Positions 41,312 through 55,678 of a stretch of 64,000 nucleotides of DNA are shown one piece after another. Within the stretch, counting starts at the first letter, position 1, and each line of letters opens with the position of its first letter. This DNA is from Camelus dromedarius (Eukaryota): the NCBI RefSeq assembly GCF_036321535.1, contig NC_087437.1, forward strand, positions 96,598,001-96,662,000, written 5' to 3'. The notes below the pieces were generated by a model. That model saw only the letters and a list, made by a program, of their open reading frames with translations. It had not been told where the DNA came from and did no database searches. The position numbers were made by a program, and so were the translations under genes.

Positions 41312-41482
41312 CTAAGGTAAAACACACACACACACACAAAAGTAACACAAAATATACCATCTGAATCATTTTTAAGTATATAGTTCAGGACTGTTAAGAA
41401 TATTCACATTGTTGTGCAACAATGTGAATCTCCAGGACTTCTACATCTTGCAAAACTGAAACTCTATACCCATTAAACAACC
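41312..41482 (-). mobile_element. Short L1MB-like 3' end
   Basis: TATTCACATTGTTGTGCAAC...CATCTTGCAAAACTGAAACTCTATACCCATTAAACAAC. Confidence 0.75.
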
Positions 41483-42769
41483 CTGGTTTAAGTATCAGTA
41501 TCCTCAACACCTCGCTGAGTACCCAGCAGTTAGAAGGCAGCAAACTAAATTTATATCAGCCCTTAGACCACAAACTCATTTCTTAAATTCCTATCAGTTC
41601 TCCTTTGGAATGCAATCTCTTACCTTTCTAGTATCAACTTAATTCATCAAATTAATTCAACCCTCTTCCTACCATACTTTAACTTGTTGTAGATCTATCT
41701 GCACACTCTTTCAATGTTCCAATCCACCTTATCCTTCCTTTAACATATTTCCTCTCATGCCTTATAAGGAAAATTCCCAACTCAAAAAACATTGAAGGGC
41801 TGGCTTCAACTTAGGTCTTCTAGGATAACATGCAAGCTCCTTAGTTTGTTTAATTATTACCAATCTCTACTTCCCTATTTAAATTAACCCCCTCTCCTTT
41901 CCTACATACAACATCCAACTCAACAAATACAGTAATTTCCCCCCCAAAATGGCCAATCACACACAGCCTCAGGCCTTTGCTTTTATACTTCTCTAGTTTT
42001 CTGAGACCACTTATCATTCATACTCATCCAGAAGCATCTGGTGCCACTTCTTCCTTTTTACCTCCTGTGGCATGTTCCTTCTGAAGGCCCTTACCCTACA
42101 CCACGGTGGAAGATCACTGCCACTTGATGACGCTGCCTAGGCTTCTTACCTATAACACAAGCACCAATGAAGGCACGGACCTCTTAAGTTGCTTTTTACT
42201 CCTAACAACTAGGAAGCCTAAGAAAGACTTCTAGAAAGATTAAAGGGAAAACACTGAATATCCTCATTCAATGTGAATAAGCAGAAAAAGCAAGGAGGAG
42301 GAAAGTGAGTCAGGTAGATATATATAAAATGGCTATATCAAATATGACATCTTATAAAAGTAAAATAGTCACATTAGGTTTCTATAATTTACAGTTATAC
42401 ATAAAACCTGTCTAACGTTTGTGCCAAATCTTTATACAGACTTAAATGTTAGATAACAGCATTAAAAAAACACAAAACTTCATGATTGTCTTTATAAATA
42501 ATAAGAAGTTCTTGCATAACTGGAAAATGGCCTGATTATAAGAAAAAGATGTGGCAATAAAAAGAGCCCCTTCTCTTCCTAGATGTTAATTTACACTCAG
42601 TTTCCAGACCCTACTTGTGATGCTCCTCACTGTGCCAAAGGCAGACTTTTCCTGCTGACATCCTGACATCCTTGCCTGCTGGCTTTTTGAGGATCAGTTA
42701 GTTGTACAACAGGCTTAGCCTAACCAGTGAATAAGTGACCACAGGCTATTGTGGGTGGTAGAATTTCTG

Positions 42770-42840
<71 letters not shown>

Positions 42841-42841
42841 A
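42770..42841. repeat. (TAAA)18 perfect microsatellite
   Basis: Read directly from the sequence. Confidence 0.95.
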
Positions 42842-44447
42842 ATATAAAAACCTGTTGGAATTCATCAGAGTCTGGGCCTATATATTTGTCTGTCACATTA
42901 AAAGCAACTGCTTCTCTTACAGTCCTTGTGTGACTTCTCTCCAAGGGCCAGAAACACTACTGACATCTGAACAAATCCCAGAAGGGTAGCATTAGGGAAC
43001 TTCAGAGAGTTTACAGAAATCCTAAATAGGAGCCCAATACTGTCTTCCTCGATTACTTCTTGTAAAACATATTCCTTACTGACAAAAATGTATGGATATC
43101 TTCTAATTAAGGAAAGAGTGGTTGGAAATGTTTTTGCTTTTGAAAATCTCCTAAGAGGAAAACCAATTCCAATGCTTTAGAGAGGGAAGAATATGTAGAT
43201 AGTATGATTGAACATTTTATCCTTTAGCAATTGTCACTGACTGTTACAAACATCCATAGAAAAAGAAATTTCCAGAGTTGAACAAAGTTTCACCTGCTGT
43301 TTTTACTCCTATACTCCTGTAAAAAGCTTAACATATATACTGACTCACGTGTGAAAAAAGTGAGCCTCCTTTATGTAGTTATAGAAACCTTGTGGGAGCT
43401 GCTTCAGAACTGAACAATGTGTATTATAATTATCAGAAACAAATTCAATCTAAAGAAGGAAAATTGGAGACCTATCATTCCGATGAAACACAAATCTTGG
43501 AGAAAAGCATACAAATTGCTGCACAAAATTATGTTTCCTTACTACAGTGTCAACCCTCATACATTTTCAGTAGAAACAACTTACATTTACATACCAGCTG
43601 AGATAAAATAAATTGAAGGTTTACAGATGGGAAACTCTCCAAACCATAAATATTCTTTTCTCACTTTTATCTTAAAAAATTCTGGGACTGAACACAAGAG
43701 CTGACCTCAACATTTTTTCTTCATACGCCTTAGTATCACTATGAGTACATTTGGCTGTCATTCCATGGGTAGGATTTACATGTCTGCAGAGCTCAGGATT
43801 ATACCATTTTTGGAAATAATCTTTTGAAAAGAGGAAGAATATCAAGATTTCTCTCCATTTATGTGCTTTCCTTGGAATCAGAGTTAATTTCCCTGGAATT
43901 CAGAGTTAATTCAGGCTAATTTGAGTGAATGGCAACTTGAGACTTGTAGTAGGAGAGGGGTTGGATACAGTTAATTCAATCAACAGAAATCTGATATCAA
44001 AATACAGCATTGTACATATTTAGATAGTTCATAAGTTCAAACATGTACCCCAGGCATAGTAATACAACCTTTATTTGTGAATATTAATGAGACTTGTAAT
44101 TGAAAGAATTTGATGGAGTATTACAAAATTAAAAGGTACACACACAAAACAGCCCAAATAATACAGATGTATGCATATGCACACACATGTACCCTCTAGG
44201 ATTATTCTCTAATGTCTTTTGTTTCTAGTTAAAGATGTTTTAGATTGACTCCTTGATGCTGATACACTCATGCTTTATAATACTTTCAACTGAGTTTACA
44301 AATTTCTTTTAAAATAGCCTTGGACCAGCATTGTGGATGCAGGGCAGTACAAAACCTACAGAGTACAAACAATATTTGATTCTCATCATGATTTTTTCTT
44401 AATACAATTTCTCATTAGTGGTTACTCTTGCTAAAAGATAAATGTCC

Positions 44448-44838
44448 TATATTAATTTGCTAGGGCTGCCATCACAAAATACCATAATCTCTGTGGCTTA
44501 AATAGTAGAAATTTATTTTCTCATAGTTCTGGCACCTAAAAGTCCAAGATTAAGGTGTTGACAGCTTCAGTTTCGTCTGAGGTTCCCCTCCTTTGCTTGT
44601 ATATGGCCCCCTTTCACTGTGTCCTCTTAGGTCTTTTCTCTGTGCATAAACATTTCTGGTGTCTACTGTGTCCAAATGTCTTCTTATAAGGCCACCAGTA
44701 GATCAGGACTCACTCTAACAGCTGTATTTTAATTTATTTCTTTAAAGACCCTACCTCCCAATAGAGTTATATAATGAGGTACTGGGGATTAGGAGTTCAA
44801 CAATAAATTTGGGAGGGGACACAATTTAGTTCATAACA
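44448..44838 (-). mobile_element. MLT1 (ERVL-MaLR) solo LTR, MLT1B-like
   Basis: TTTGCTAGGGCTGCCATCACAAAATACCA...GGGGACACAATTTAGTTCATAACA; candidate 5-bp TSD TGTCC/TGGCC. Confidence 0.85.
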
Positions 44839-45769
44839 TGGCCCAAGTACCTTAAGCTATGAGTGTTTTTCAGTGCTTGTCTGTATACCCTCAGAACCCT
44901 ACCAAAAAAAAAAAAAAAATCTCTGAATTCTCTCTGGAAATTTGTAGAAACACAAATAGAGGAATCATGAAAAAACCAGTAGCTCCTATATTCTTTTTGG
45001 CCAAAATCTATGAATATCAGTTCCAATTTGACTAATTGCCTCTTATGTATTTAAATAAGTAAGTTTTTTTTAAGGAAAGTTGTGTCATGACAGCAGTTCT
45101 GTTTTTCTACTCTTGGAATTACTTAATCAACTTCTATTTTAATTGCCATTAATTTGTTATTCTAAACCTTTCTAGTAAAGGAAAAAATCTTTAAAATGTC
45201 TGGTAGGAAAAATAACCTGGGAACGGGAAAGGTTATGTCAGTTATTCTCAGGAAAGATAATGTCATATCCTAAGAAGCCAGAATATTGTTTGCTTTCAGA
45301 ACAAATAAAAATGTGACAGAAAGTGAAGATTCAAGTAGCAAGATTGTCCAATGTAATTAGGGCCAAAGTCAACATAGTCTGGCAAGAAGTTCTGCAAGAG
45401 GAAGTAATTTCAGGATTTTATTTCATCAATTCATACCTACTTGAATTAAATAACTAGGTAAAAGAAAAAAATAGAAAATTCATGACTATTCAATGGCTTT
45501 ATATAGTTAATTATTTTATATTTTAATTAATTAAATCTCATCTTAAAATATAGACATATGACACAAGGAAGTGTAACATGCCAGCCAGTCATTAATATCT
45601 GTCAAATCCTGGCAATGTTTCATGACTGTGTTTTGTACTTTGAGAGGAGCTAGATACAGTTAATTCAATAACACTAATAAATATTATTTTATCTACAATT
45701 AAAGATTCCATAAAAATTCCTCAAAAAGAGTCACCATATTACTATGCAATTTTAATCTTAATTATATAA

Positions 45770-46297
45770 CTAAGAGAATACCCAAATGAAACCATGTCAC
45801 ACAATTTGTACAAGAATATTCATAGCAATATTATTCATAACAGACAAAAAGTGGAAACAACCCAAATTTCCATCAACAGACTAGTGAATGGATAAAATGA
45901 TGGAGTATCCACAAAATAGAGTATTATTCAGCAGTATAAAGGAATGAAGTTCTGATATATTCTACAACAAAGATGATCCTTTAAAATACTATGCTAAGAA
46001 AAAGAAGCTAGTTTAAAAAGACCATATACTGTATAATTCTATTTACATGAAATGTCCAGAATAGGCAAACATACAGAGACAGATAGTAGATTAGTATTTG
46101 CTTAGGGATGGAGCAGAAAGGTTCCAAGGGAGTGGGAATTGACTGCTAATGGGCATAGAGTTTCCTTTAGAACTGACAAAAATGTTTTAAATTAGATTGT
46201 AATGTTGGTTACACAACCCTGTGAATATGCCAAAAAAACGAAATTGTACACTTCAAATGGGTATGTTATATGCGAATTATATCTCAATAAAGCAAAT
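45770..46297 (+). mobile_element. Old L1 3' end (L1MB-like)
   Basis: AAAAAGTGGAAACAACCCAAAT, TGAAATGTCCAGAATAGGCAAA and GAATTATATCTCAATAAAGC; homologous to 1..448. Confidence 0.85.
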
Positions 46298-46696
46298 TTT
46301 AAAAATCTCTCCATGGTTTAATCCTTTATGCAATTTAATTTATCTCATGTCTTTTTGGAGCATAAAGGTATTTTGACTGGATAACATTCACTTACAGCCA
46401 AAAGAAAAGAAAAAAGAAAACAAATTACATATTTATTAACTTGGAAGTATCAATGAAACAATTCACCTCATGTTCATTTTTAATGCCACTGTGACCTCTG
46501 TTACTAAAGTCAGTCTACTTCTGTAACCTCTCTTCCTTGCACAGATAAAACACCAATCTAGTTTTGGATTTAAAGCAAACAGGATCATTATGTTTGTAGA
46601 GTGTTCCATAGCTTTGCTATTCTAGCAATCTGTGACTAATGCAAGACCTTTCCCTTCTCTAAATGACTTTCTTGAGGCATGAGTTTTGATACATGG

Positions 46697-46738
46697 AAAC
46701 AAAAACAAACAAACAAACAAACAAACAAACAAACAAAA
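46697..46738. repeat. (AAAC)n microsatellite
   Basis: Read directly from the sequence. Confidence 0.9.
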
Positions 46739-47911
46739 GGAGGAGGAGAAGAAATGAAAAGAAAGAAATCACCCTGCAGTCATGGAATTCAATCTATTTC
46801 TAGTTTCCCAATTGAATTATGAACCATATCTGTTCTCTTTTGTAGCTGTCTCAAAAGCCAACTTTTAAACATGTAGCAATTTTATTTTATCAAAGCAAAG
46901 GTAAATCATAGCTAATCTCAAAAATTCTTGTGTTCTTGTTTTGCTTTAGAAGTAAGAAAAGGAAAAAAAACAGATCAGTTTCTAAGTTACCCCTGACCTT
47001 TGAACCACAACCTCCTTGCCACTAAAGCGTTCAGCGCCTCATTTAATCTCCCCTTTCTGCACTGGCATAGTGCAGAGAAAAGGAAATGGAAAAAATAATC
47101 TGGGGACTTCATCAATTTTTCATGAATTTTCATTTAGGCCAGAACCCCCTCTTACCCTGGTCGATAGATCAAGCTGCTGTCATATATTTACCACCTGGGG
47201 CTACAGCTGCTATCTCTAGGGGCTGCCACTGACTCGGGCTGCATCACTGGCAGCCACAATCTGTGGGAGGACCCCTGTGCTCCTTCTGTTCCAAACACAG
47301 GGAGACTGGTGTTCAAAGTGAAATCCTATCTGCACCAGTTATGCCTCAGCTCTCTAGGTGGTCCCATCGGGAAAACTACATATTAACTTCTTAAGGGCCA
47401 AGTGCCTTGCTTGTAGACCTTGCAATACTTTTTTTGAAATATGTAAAAATCATTTTTTGCCTAAAGACCTAAAGTTCAAGAGATTTAAAAAGTATTTCCT
47501 GCATTGCTATTTTTTTCCAAACCAAGAGGGGGGAAAAAGCAAATATGAGGCAAGTGATTAAAAATTCTACTGCAATGATTGATCCTAAATATTTGTTTTC
47601 CTCCATTACACTGTTCCATTACATAAAACTGAGGTATGTATTTTTAAAAAGAGAACAAACACAGCATGATAGAAAACAGGCTAACTTCTATTATGACCAG
47701 TCAAGACAGATGTTTATCAATAAAATTGCACATTTCATATAACAGCAGAAACCAAGATTGTTGAAATTAAAATTGAAAATCAAGATAAAGCAGAGTCAAA
47801 AAAATTTCAGGTTTTTTTTAACTGAATAATCATTTCACAATAAAAATTGTAGTAAGGTTTTCTGCTACTTATCCATATATTCTTAACCACCTAGATATGC
47901 CTAGATACACT

Positions 47912-48130
47912 TAAATCAATTTTCAACTGATTTTGACCCTCAGAGGAAATTTGGCAGAGCCTGGAGACACAAGTTGTGGTTGTCACAACTTGGGCTGCAG
48001 GGGTCCTATTGGGCATCTTCTGGGCAAAGGTCAGAGATGCTTCTACACATCCTACAATGCAGAGCACAGCCTCCACAACAAAGAATTAACCCATCCCAAA
48101 TGGCAAGAGTGCACAGGCTGGAATACCCTA
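47912..48130 (+). mobile_element. MER20 hAT-Charlie element
   Basis: ATTTGGCAGAGCCTGGAGACA...TGGTTGTCACAACT...ACATCCTACAATGCAGAGCACAGCCTCCACAACAAAGAATT. Confidence 0.85.
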
Positions 48131-48139
48131 CTCTAGTTC

Positions 48140-49090
48140 CCTCATACCCAATTCAGAGCTGAATTCTTGAAAGAACAGGCACCATTTGCCACTCCAACTT
48201 CATCACCTATTTATTCTTCAGCTGCAGTGCTCTCTTTCCATCCCTAGAGACCACGGATATTTTTTTATTATACCACAATATGGCATTTGCATTGTCCACC
48301 ACTTTTTTTTTCTTAAAACTATTTCATTTCTCTTGTCACTCCACTTCCCACATCCTGTCATTCTGATACCTCCTCTGAGCCTCTTGCACCAGCCTTCTTT
48401 CCTTTGTTTACCATTAAATATTGGGGTTCCAAACACTGGGAGTGATCTGAGCTCCTATTAACCACTCCCTACACACAGCTTGCCTGGGCAATCACATCTA
48501 TGATTATCTACTCCCATGGCTTCAACCTCCACCTGGGAAAGACCTCTCTTTTCAATTCCAGAAGCTCTTTTCTTAAAGGAACATCACATATTTTTACCTT
48601 GATATTTCACTGGTATGTAAGCCAAAGCTGACTCTGCTCTCCTGTCCCCACTATAGTTATTTCTCCTGCATCTATCTGCCATCCCTTTGGAGGTAGGTAA
48701 TACAACATAGCCAGTCACTCCACCAAAAAAAAAAAAAAATCTGGGGATCACCCTCTATCCCTCAAATCAACATTAAATGATATGATTTATACTTTCTAAA
48801 TACAATTCAAACATTTTCCTTCTTTCAACCTTCACCACTGTTTTCTAACATATACTCTTTTCTGAATGATTTGACAGCTTAACTCCACTCTGACTTCAAT
48901 CATCATCTGTTTAACCCAATCTTCAATTCTTTTTCAAAGACTCTCCTTTTACATAACAAAAAGTCTAGATTTTATGATGCAGCACCTGCCTATCTTTCCA
49001 TCGTATGCTGTCCACCAACCTCATATCAAGCTACTCGCAGTTCTCCAAATACATGATGTTTTTAGGCCTCTTTTTTACTTTAATAGATGT
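48140..49090 (+). mobile_element. Degraded L2 LINE
   Basis: TTAAATATTGGGGTTCC, CCTGGGCAATCACATCT, CTCCCATGGCTTCAAC and AATCTGGGGATCACCCT. Confidence 0.6.
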
Positions 49091-49756
49091 GCCATAATTG
49101 AGCAATTATGTTGAGTCCTAAAATATGAAAGCCAAACATTTATATGACCTGCAGTGAATCCTCTATCATTTTATAAAAATACACCTGGGTTACCAATAGT
49201 ATGACAAATTGTAGTACTTTGACCCAAATTTCCATATTAACACGTTTTATGAAACAAATAAGGAAAGGGAGAAGACTGATGAGCTAATGCAAAAGAGATG
49301 AGCAGCATATAAATGGGTATTATTTGATCTTGTGTTGCCTTAAATGGCATGAACTGTTGACAGGGCATTAGAAGAAAGAATTTTATTCACTAGCTAAATC
49401 CAATTTAGAAGCTGCTTTCTTTTCCTCTCGAGGTCACAAGTATTTTTTAGCATTTCTCAAAGTGCACTGATTTAAAAATAAAAAATGCTACTGCCACATT
49501 ACATGAAAAAAAATCATGGTTTAAAAATTCCTTCTGAATAGATTGATTCATTATTAATGATACAATTAGGAAAGAGAGAAATACTTTAGATTAAATAAAA
49601 ATACAAGATGCTTATGTGTTGGGAGCAATTTTAAAGCTAAGGCTCAGAAATATATATATATAAGTTTATAGTTGTTCAACAATAAAATGACTAGTCAATT
49701 TAGATAAACTTTAATATTGAGAAGAAAGTTAATTAAGGATTAAAAACAATTATTTG

Positions 49757-49915
49757 TTTAAAATAAATAAGCTACAAAGATATATAGTACAACACAACAC
49801 ACAGAATATAGCCAATATTTTATAACTGTAAATGGAATATAACCTTTAAGAATTGTGAATCACTATGTTGAACACTCAAATTTATAAAATATTGTACATC
49901 AACTATACCTCAATA
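49757..49915 (+). mobile_element. Very short L1 3' end insertion
   Basis: GAATATAGCCAATATTTTATAAC...GTGAATCACTATGTTG...TACATCAACTATACCTCAATAAAAAA; TSD AAAAA[C/T]A[A/C]TTATTTG at 49742-49756 and 49916-49930. Confidence 0.8.
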
Positions 49916-51840
49916 AAAAATACTTATTTGCTGCTGAGTAGATAAAAAATTTTTAATTAGAAGTTCTTTACCTTTATTTATGTAAAATGGGCCAGATTTC
50001 ATTTGAGTATTTTTCCAACTATGACACAGTCCTCTACAACTGAAAATTAGAACAATCATGGTCTGATCTTGAATTCCCCATTAACTTACTTTCTGAGTCT
50101 TAGTCACTTAACCATCATGGGTTTCATTTTATCTATAAAAGGGAAGAATTATGCCTGTTATATTTACTATAAAGTGATCTGGTTGGAAAAACCATAGAAA
50201 TTGACATTGAAATATTTCAATATGTTTGAAATATTCCAGAAATAAGATAGTTCAAAATAAAAATGAAACAGGAATATTTGCATTCTTGGGGTTTTGTGTA
50301 TATACCTCAGACCTCACTAAACTATAATTAATCTAACTGCTTTGTGAACAAACTTATAGAAATGAAATTACCTAGTGTCTGGCAAAGTGGCATTGCTAGT
50401 AGAAGTTCTAATGCTTAGATCTCAAAACACTTCATAAAACAAACTTGGATTTTAGGATTATTCTAGGCTTTTCTTATTGGACTTATATATTCCCAGCATG
50501 GAGCGGGTTCCAGATTTCCCAGTACAAGCTATAAATCAAAAGATTGGATGCTTGAGAACAAAAGCTTTCATTGGGATAGCTGAGTAAGAAATTGTACGAC
50601 TTTGTTTACTAGAAGATGCTTTCATGTACAAAGGTAACAACACGCTGTTGAGAATTTCAATACACATATACACAAGTTTTATAATCTAGTGTGATACCAC
50701 ATAGCATGTGAATACAAGTATCAAGTTTAATTGGAGACATGAGACCATCAGCTATTATCCAACACTCCATCTCAGCTATATAAAAAAGATTTATGCATCC
50801 TGAAATATTTCTATTCTCTTACCTATGAACAGCTACTGGCACAACTAGAAAGTTGAAGAGCACAAACTTTCTTTAGGCCCAATTACTGCCACCTTACTCA
50901 CAATTAATTCTAGATAAAATCTTTCCTGAAAATAGGTATCAAAATTGTCTGGTGCTGTTCAAATTATGACACCAAATCCTCACCTATAAAATAGAAAACA
51001 AATTTAACGTATTTTTTAATTTGTTCTGGAAAACCATCCAGAAAAATAAAGTTCAAAGAGATGCAAAGTCTTGATATCTTGATTTACCAGTGCTGTTTGG
51101 GCTGTCAGATTAATAAACAAATATATTTTAAAATGTCAAAGGCAGGGCAAGTAATTAGCTACTGCTGATTACCGAGACTGAGCAAGACCTTCCTAAATAT
51201 GAACATTCTGTCCCTACACAGAAATCAGATCTCCTCTCCAATGAATTTTCTGATTAAAAAATAAAGTATAGTTGCTGATATTGTTGGTGTATTCTCTCCT
51301 CCATGCTGAGGGTAATAATTCCTAAATTTAGCCTGGAAGTAATAGAGTTAGTATAACCCAGAGAGTATATTCTTTTTAAAGTTGCCCAATGAAAGTTAGA
51401 TTTAGAAATACATATATACACATACAAAATATAACAGTTTTATATAAATAAATAACAGAAATAGGTACAATATTGAATATATGCCTTGTATTTGAAGCCA
51501 CATTACTCATAAACTTTATACTTTAACACTGTCAACTTTAATCTGATTATATCTGTCATTAATAATTCAAATTTTAAATATGACCAGCATCAACACCATC
51601 TTACTTTTAATTTAATAACATAATACTCACATTGCTACAACATAAATAAATTTATTTCAAACATCTTGGCTTGACATTATTTTGACCAGCTTTCTTTGGA
51701 GAAGGCAAGTAAAATTATGCAGAGTATGCTTGCTCACTGTTTTATTCTTTAGGTGTTAAGCACCTATGGGAACAAATCAACGCTTACTAAAAATAAATCA
51801 AAATAAAAGTGAGTGTTATTCATGAGATTCATTATGTTTA

Positions 51841-52260
<420 letters not shown>

Positions 52261-52514
52261 CTATTCAATCATTTAAAATGCACTTACTACTATTTTATTT
52301 ATGTTTCAGCCTTTTGTTCTTTATGCTTTCATAAATCATCACAAATCCCTGGTGGAACAAGACAATATAGCAATAAATTAATACGTTAATTCTAATGAGT
52401 TAAGTTTAACATGTTCCATGAGTCATTACACACAAAAGTAAAAGAGCATGAAATTTCCTCTTGGAATCAGTAAGTTGGAATGGATACTAAGGTGAGTTAG
52501 ACTCATTTCCTATT

Positions 52515-52745
52515 GCCAAAGTGCCTACTATGTACTGGGGGAGACAGCCAAGCACCTAGAATACATACACAGAAATCATTTATCATATTAGCATTGTGTT
52601 ATCAGAGTCAACACAAAAAGAGACCTGAACATTTATGTACCAGTAATAACTCAATTTAACATGTCGGGAAGAAACTTAATGACATAAATTGTAGAGAAAG
52701 TAAGCAGTAGAGGCAGGATTTGAACCAAGGTATGTCTGCCTGAGG
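52515..52745 (-). mobile_element. MIR SINE remnant
   Basis: AGTGCCTACTATGTACTGG and AGTAGAGGCAGGATTTGAACCAAGGTATGTCTG. Confidence 0.65.
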
Positions 52746-52799
52746 AACTCAAGTTAAATTACTATGTTACAATGAATGTTGTTACATGGAGATCCAAGA

Positions 52800-53480
52800 A
52801 ATGTTTTATAGGAAAAAAATCAGGAACAGACATGTTAACTCTAATTAGAGCACAGTAAGAGGTGCCACTCAAAAAGGTGGCATCTAAATTGAGTTGCAAA
52901 GAATGAAATAATGTCAACAGGAGAAAGATACTGATGAAACAGCATGAGCAAAAGGACAGAGAAACAACAGTACATATGTATCTTTCATTATCAGGGAGGA
53001 AGTTAATGTGGCAGGTGAGGGTGAACAGCAGTCTTATGGTCAGAGACAAAAGGGCTTAAAATACCACGCTAAGGAGTGTGGACTTTTGTTCTATATGGCT
53101 AGCTGATTTTGAGGGAGCAGTGACATGACTGTGTATTAGAAAGATACTTTGGATCTGCAGTGTAAAACATAGATAGCAATGGAGCCAAAAAGACAGGTGA
53201 GAGTTACTTCAGTATCCCAGAGAACAATAAAAAGAACCTGACCTTGAGAAATAAGACTTAAGGTAGAAAACAAGAGGAAGATACAAGCTATATCATAAAC
53301 TAAACACTGGAAAGAATTTGTTATTCCACACAATAAGGAAGAGTGACAGGTATCAATGACTTTTTTGTGATTGCAATGAAAGTGAGGCCATTACAAGGTT
53401 GAAAAAATAGAAAGAGAAGAATCTGTTCAGTATTTTAAGATGAAAATTTTGCATAATGTATTGTTTGAAATGTTTTAATT
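52800..53480 (-). mobile_element. Degraded L2 LINE
   Basis: AAACAGCATGAGCAAAAG, CCACGCTAAGGAGTGTGGACTTT and GATTTTGAGGGAGCAGTGACATGA. Confidence 0.6.
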
Positions 53481-54699
53481 TATAAAGTGTCAGAGGCCAT
53501 TATTTGTGGAAAGGTCCTGCCAGATGCTGCAAATAATTCTAAAGGAGACACTGAGAGAACCCTGTCTAAAAACATTAATAATCTAAATGGAAGCCTTTTT
53601 TTTTTTAATGGGAGCTTTTAAAAACTAGTTCTTAAAATTTTCCAACCAATCACCTAATATTAGCACATTTCTGCTCAATAAATAGAAGTAATATTTACTC
53701 ATCAATGTTATTTGATGAGTACTTTCAATATTACTTACCAGTTTACTTTCAATATTAATTTAAAATTCGTATTTTAATTTAATAAAGGGAATTTAATTTG
53801 GTAACGAATGAGCCTTTTCTTTTGTGAAGAGGATTAACTTTTAAAGGTTGCTGATTACCACTTGCCATCTTATCAGATCCAAGAAGGAACTTTTACAAGT
53901 TTTAGGTACCTAAAGTAAGAGTAATTTACAGTATATGAGTCAAAATTAAAAAAAAAAAAAAAAAAAAGAATGAAAGAGACCCCAAAGCGTATGGATGGGA
54001 AATCATATCATATATCATAATAATAAAGAAGGCTATATATTGTAATTATTGAGACCCTAATACAAAGTAGGAATTTATAGAACATAAAAAGTAAGAATTA
54101 TCTTAAAAAGTAATAACCAAGTAAGATCTCAAAGTATTTAAACATGAATGGCTAATCATATCTTACAAACCAGTAACATATTATCAAATGTAAAGCTCTG
54201 GATATACAGCCACAGAAACTTAACCTAAAATGTACCAAGAGTTATATGTCACTTTTCCTGTAACAGGCACATGGTAAGCTACAAACATCTTGTTTAGATA
54301 TCCTTGCTCTTCTCTAATCTTCCATTTGAAGTCATCAACATTCTCCCTAATACCAAGCTTGTTCTATTACTAAAACTAAGCAAGTTTTAATCATCCACAT
54401 TTTTGGAGTACTGTTTACTACATCAAGTAATTCTCTATCTTATTAGGCACTTGGCCTGGATAAGGCCTGAACAGGAGCTGAAAACACACTAGCATTTATT
54501 AAATAAAATATAAAATAATAGAATAAGAGAAATAGAAGCAAAATATCTAAACTATTTAGCAATAAGATTTAGAATCCAGCATGTCCAATAAGCACTCAGA
54601 GAACTGTACTCATTTATGACTATGATATATGTAAATAATTCCAGTGCTAACACATCTGATATTCAATTAGCAACTTTATTCCACTGTTATAAAAACTTA

Positions 54700-55505
54700 A
54701 AAAGAACATCTACAATTTAAATGTAAGAGGTAAAATTATGAGATAACTCCAAGAAATTATAAGAGCAAATTTTCATGACCTTGAGTTAGTCAAAATCTTC
54801 ATTAATATGACACCAAAAGCAAGTAACAAATGAAACAGATAAACTGGACTTCATAAAATTTAAATATATTTGTTATCAAAAAATCTACAGAATCAGAAAA
54901 CAACATTTGCAAATCATATATCTGATAGGGGACTTATACCTGGAATATATAAAGAACTCTTACAATCAATAAAAGTACAAATAACCAAATTTTTAAATGG
55001 GCAAAAGATCTGAATAGGTATTTATCAAAAAAAGTTAAACAAAAAGCCAGTAAACATGAAAAGATGCTCAACATCACTAACTATTAGGCAAATGCAAATC
55101 AAAACCACAACATGACATACTTCACACCCACTAGGATGGTAATAATCTAAAAAAATGTAAAATATCAAGTACTGTCTGGGATGTTGAAAAGTTGAGAGCC
55201 TCATATAGTGCTGGTAGGAATGCAAAATGGTGCAACCACTTTGGAAAATTATCTGGAGTTCCCCAAAAAGTTTTGGATTAACATATGACCCAGAAATTCC
55301 ACTGGCTGGTATATATCCATGAGAAACGAAACCTTATGTCCAGAGGGTGAGAGGTGAAGAGGGACAGGGGAATCTTTGAGAGGGTGATATTTTAAAATTG
55401 ATTGTGATGATGGTTGGACAATTCTGTGAAAATAATAAAAAGTATATTGTATACTTTAAAAGAGTAAAGTGTGGGGCGTATGATTTGTATCTCAATAAAG
55501 CAGTT
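54700..55505 (+). mobile_element. Old L1 (L1MB-like), end of ORF2 plus internally deleted 3' UTR
   Basis: TTTGCAAATCATATATCTGATA, AAAGATGCTCAACATCACT, ATGCAAATCAAAACCACAA and TATCTCAATAAAGCAG. Confidence 0.85.
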
Positions 55506-55678
55506 TTTAAAAAGTCTTAAGTAAACTGTGAACAAATTTAATACAAGGCATTTTAATAATTCATGTTTTCCTCATTTATAGTTTTAGGTTTTAAATGGAA
55601 TCATCAGGACAGTAGTGGCTAGTAGGGCATAAAACAAAGTTGAAAGTTTGTACCAGCGAATAGATAAATGATTGATAG

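Noticed and set aside
43868..43910. ~21-bp tandem duplication (also a 12-bp one near 28529-28552)
   Set aside because: Only two units and no spacers: ordinary slippage, not a CRISPR-like array.
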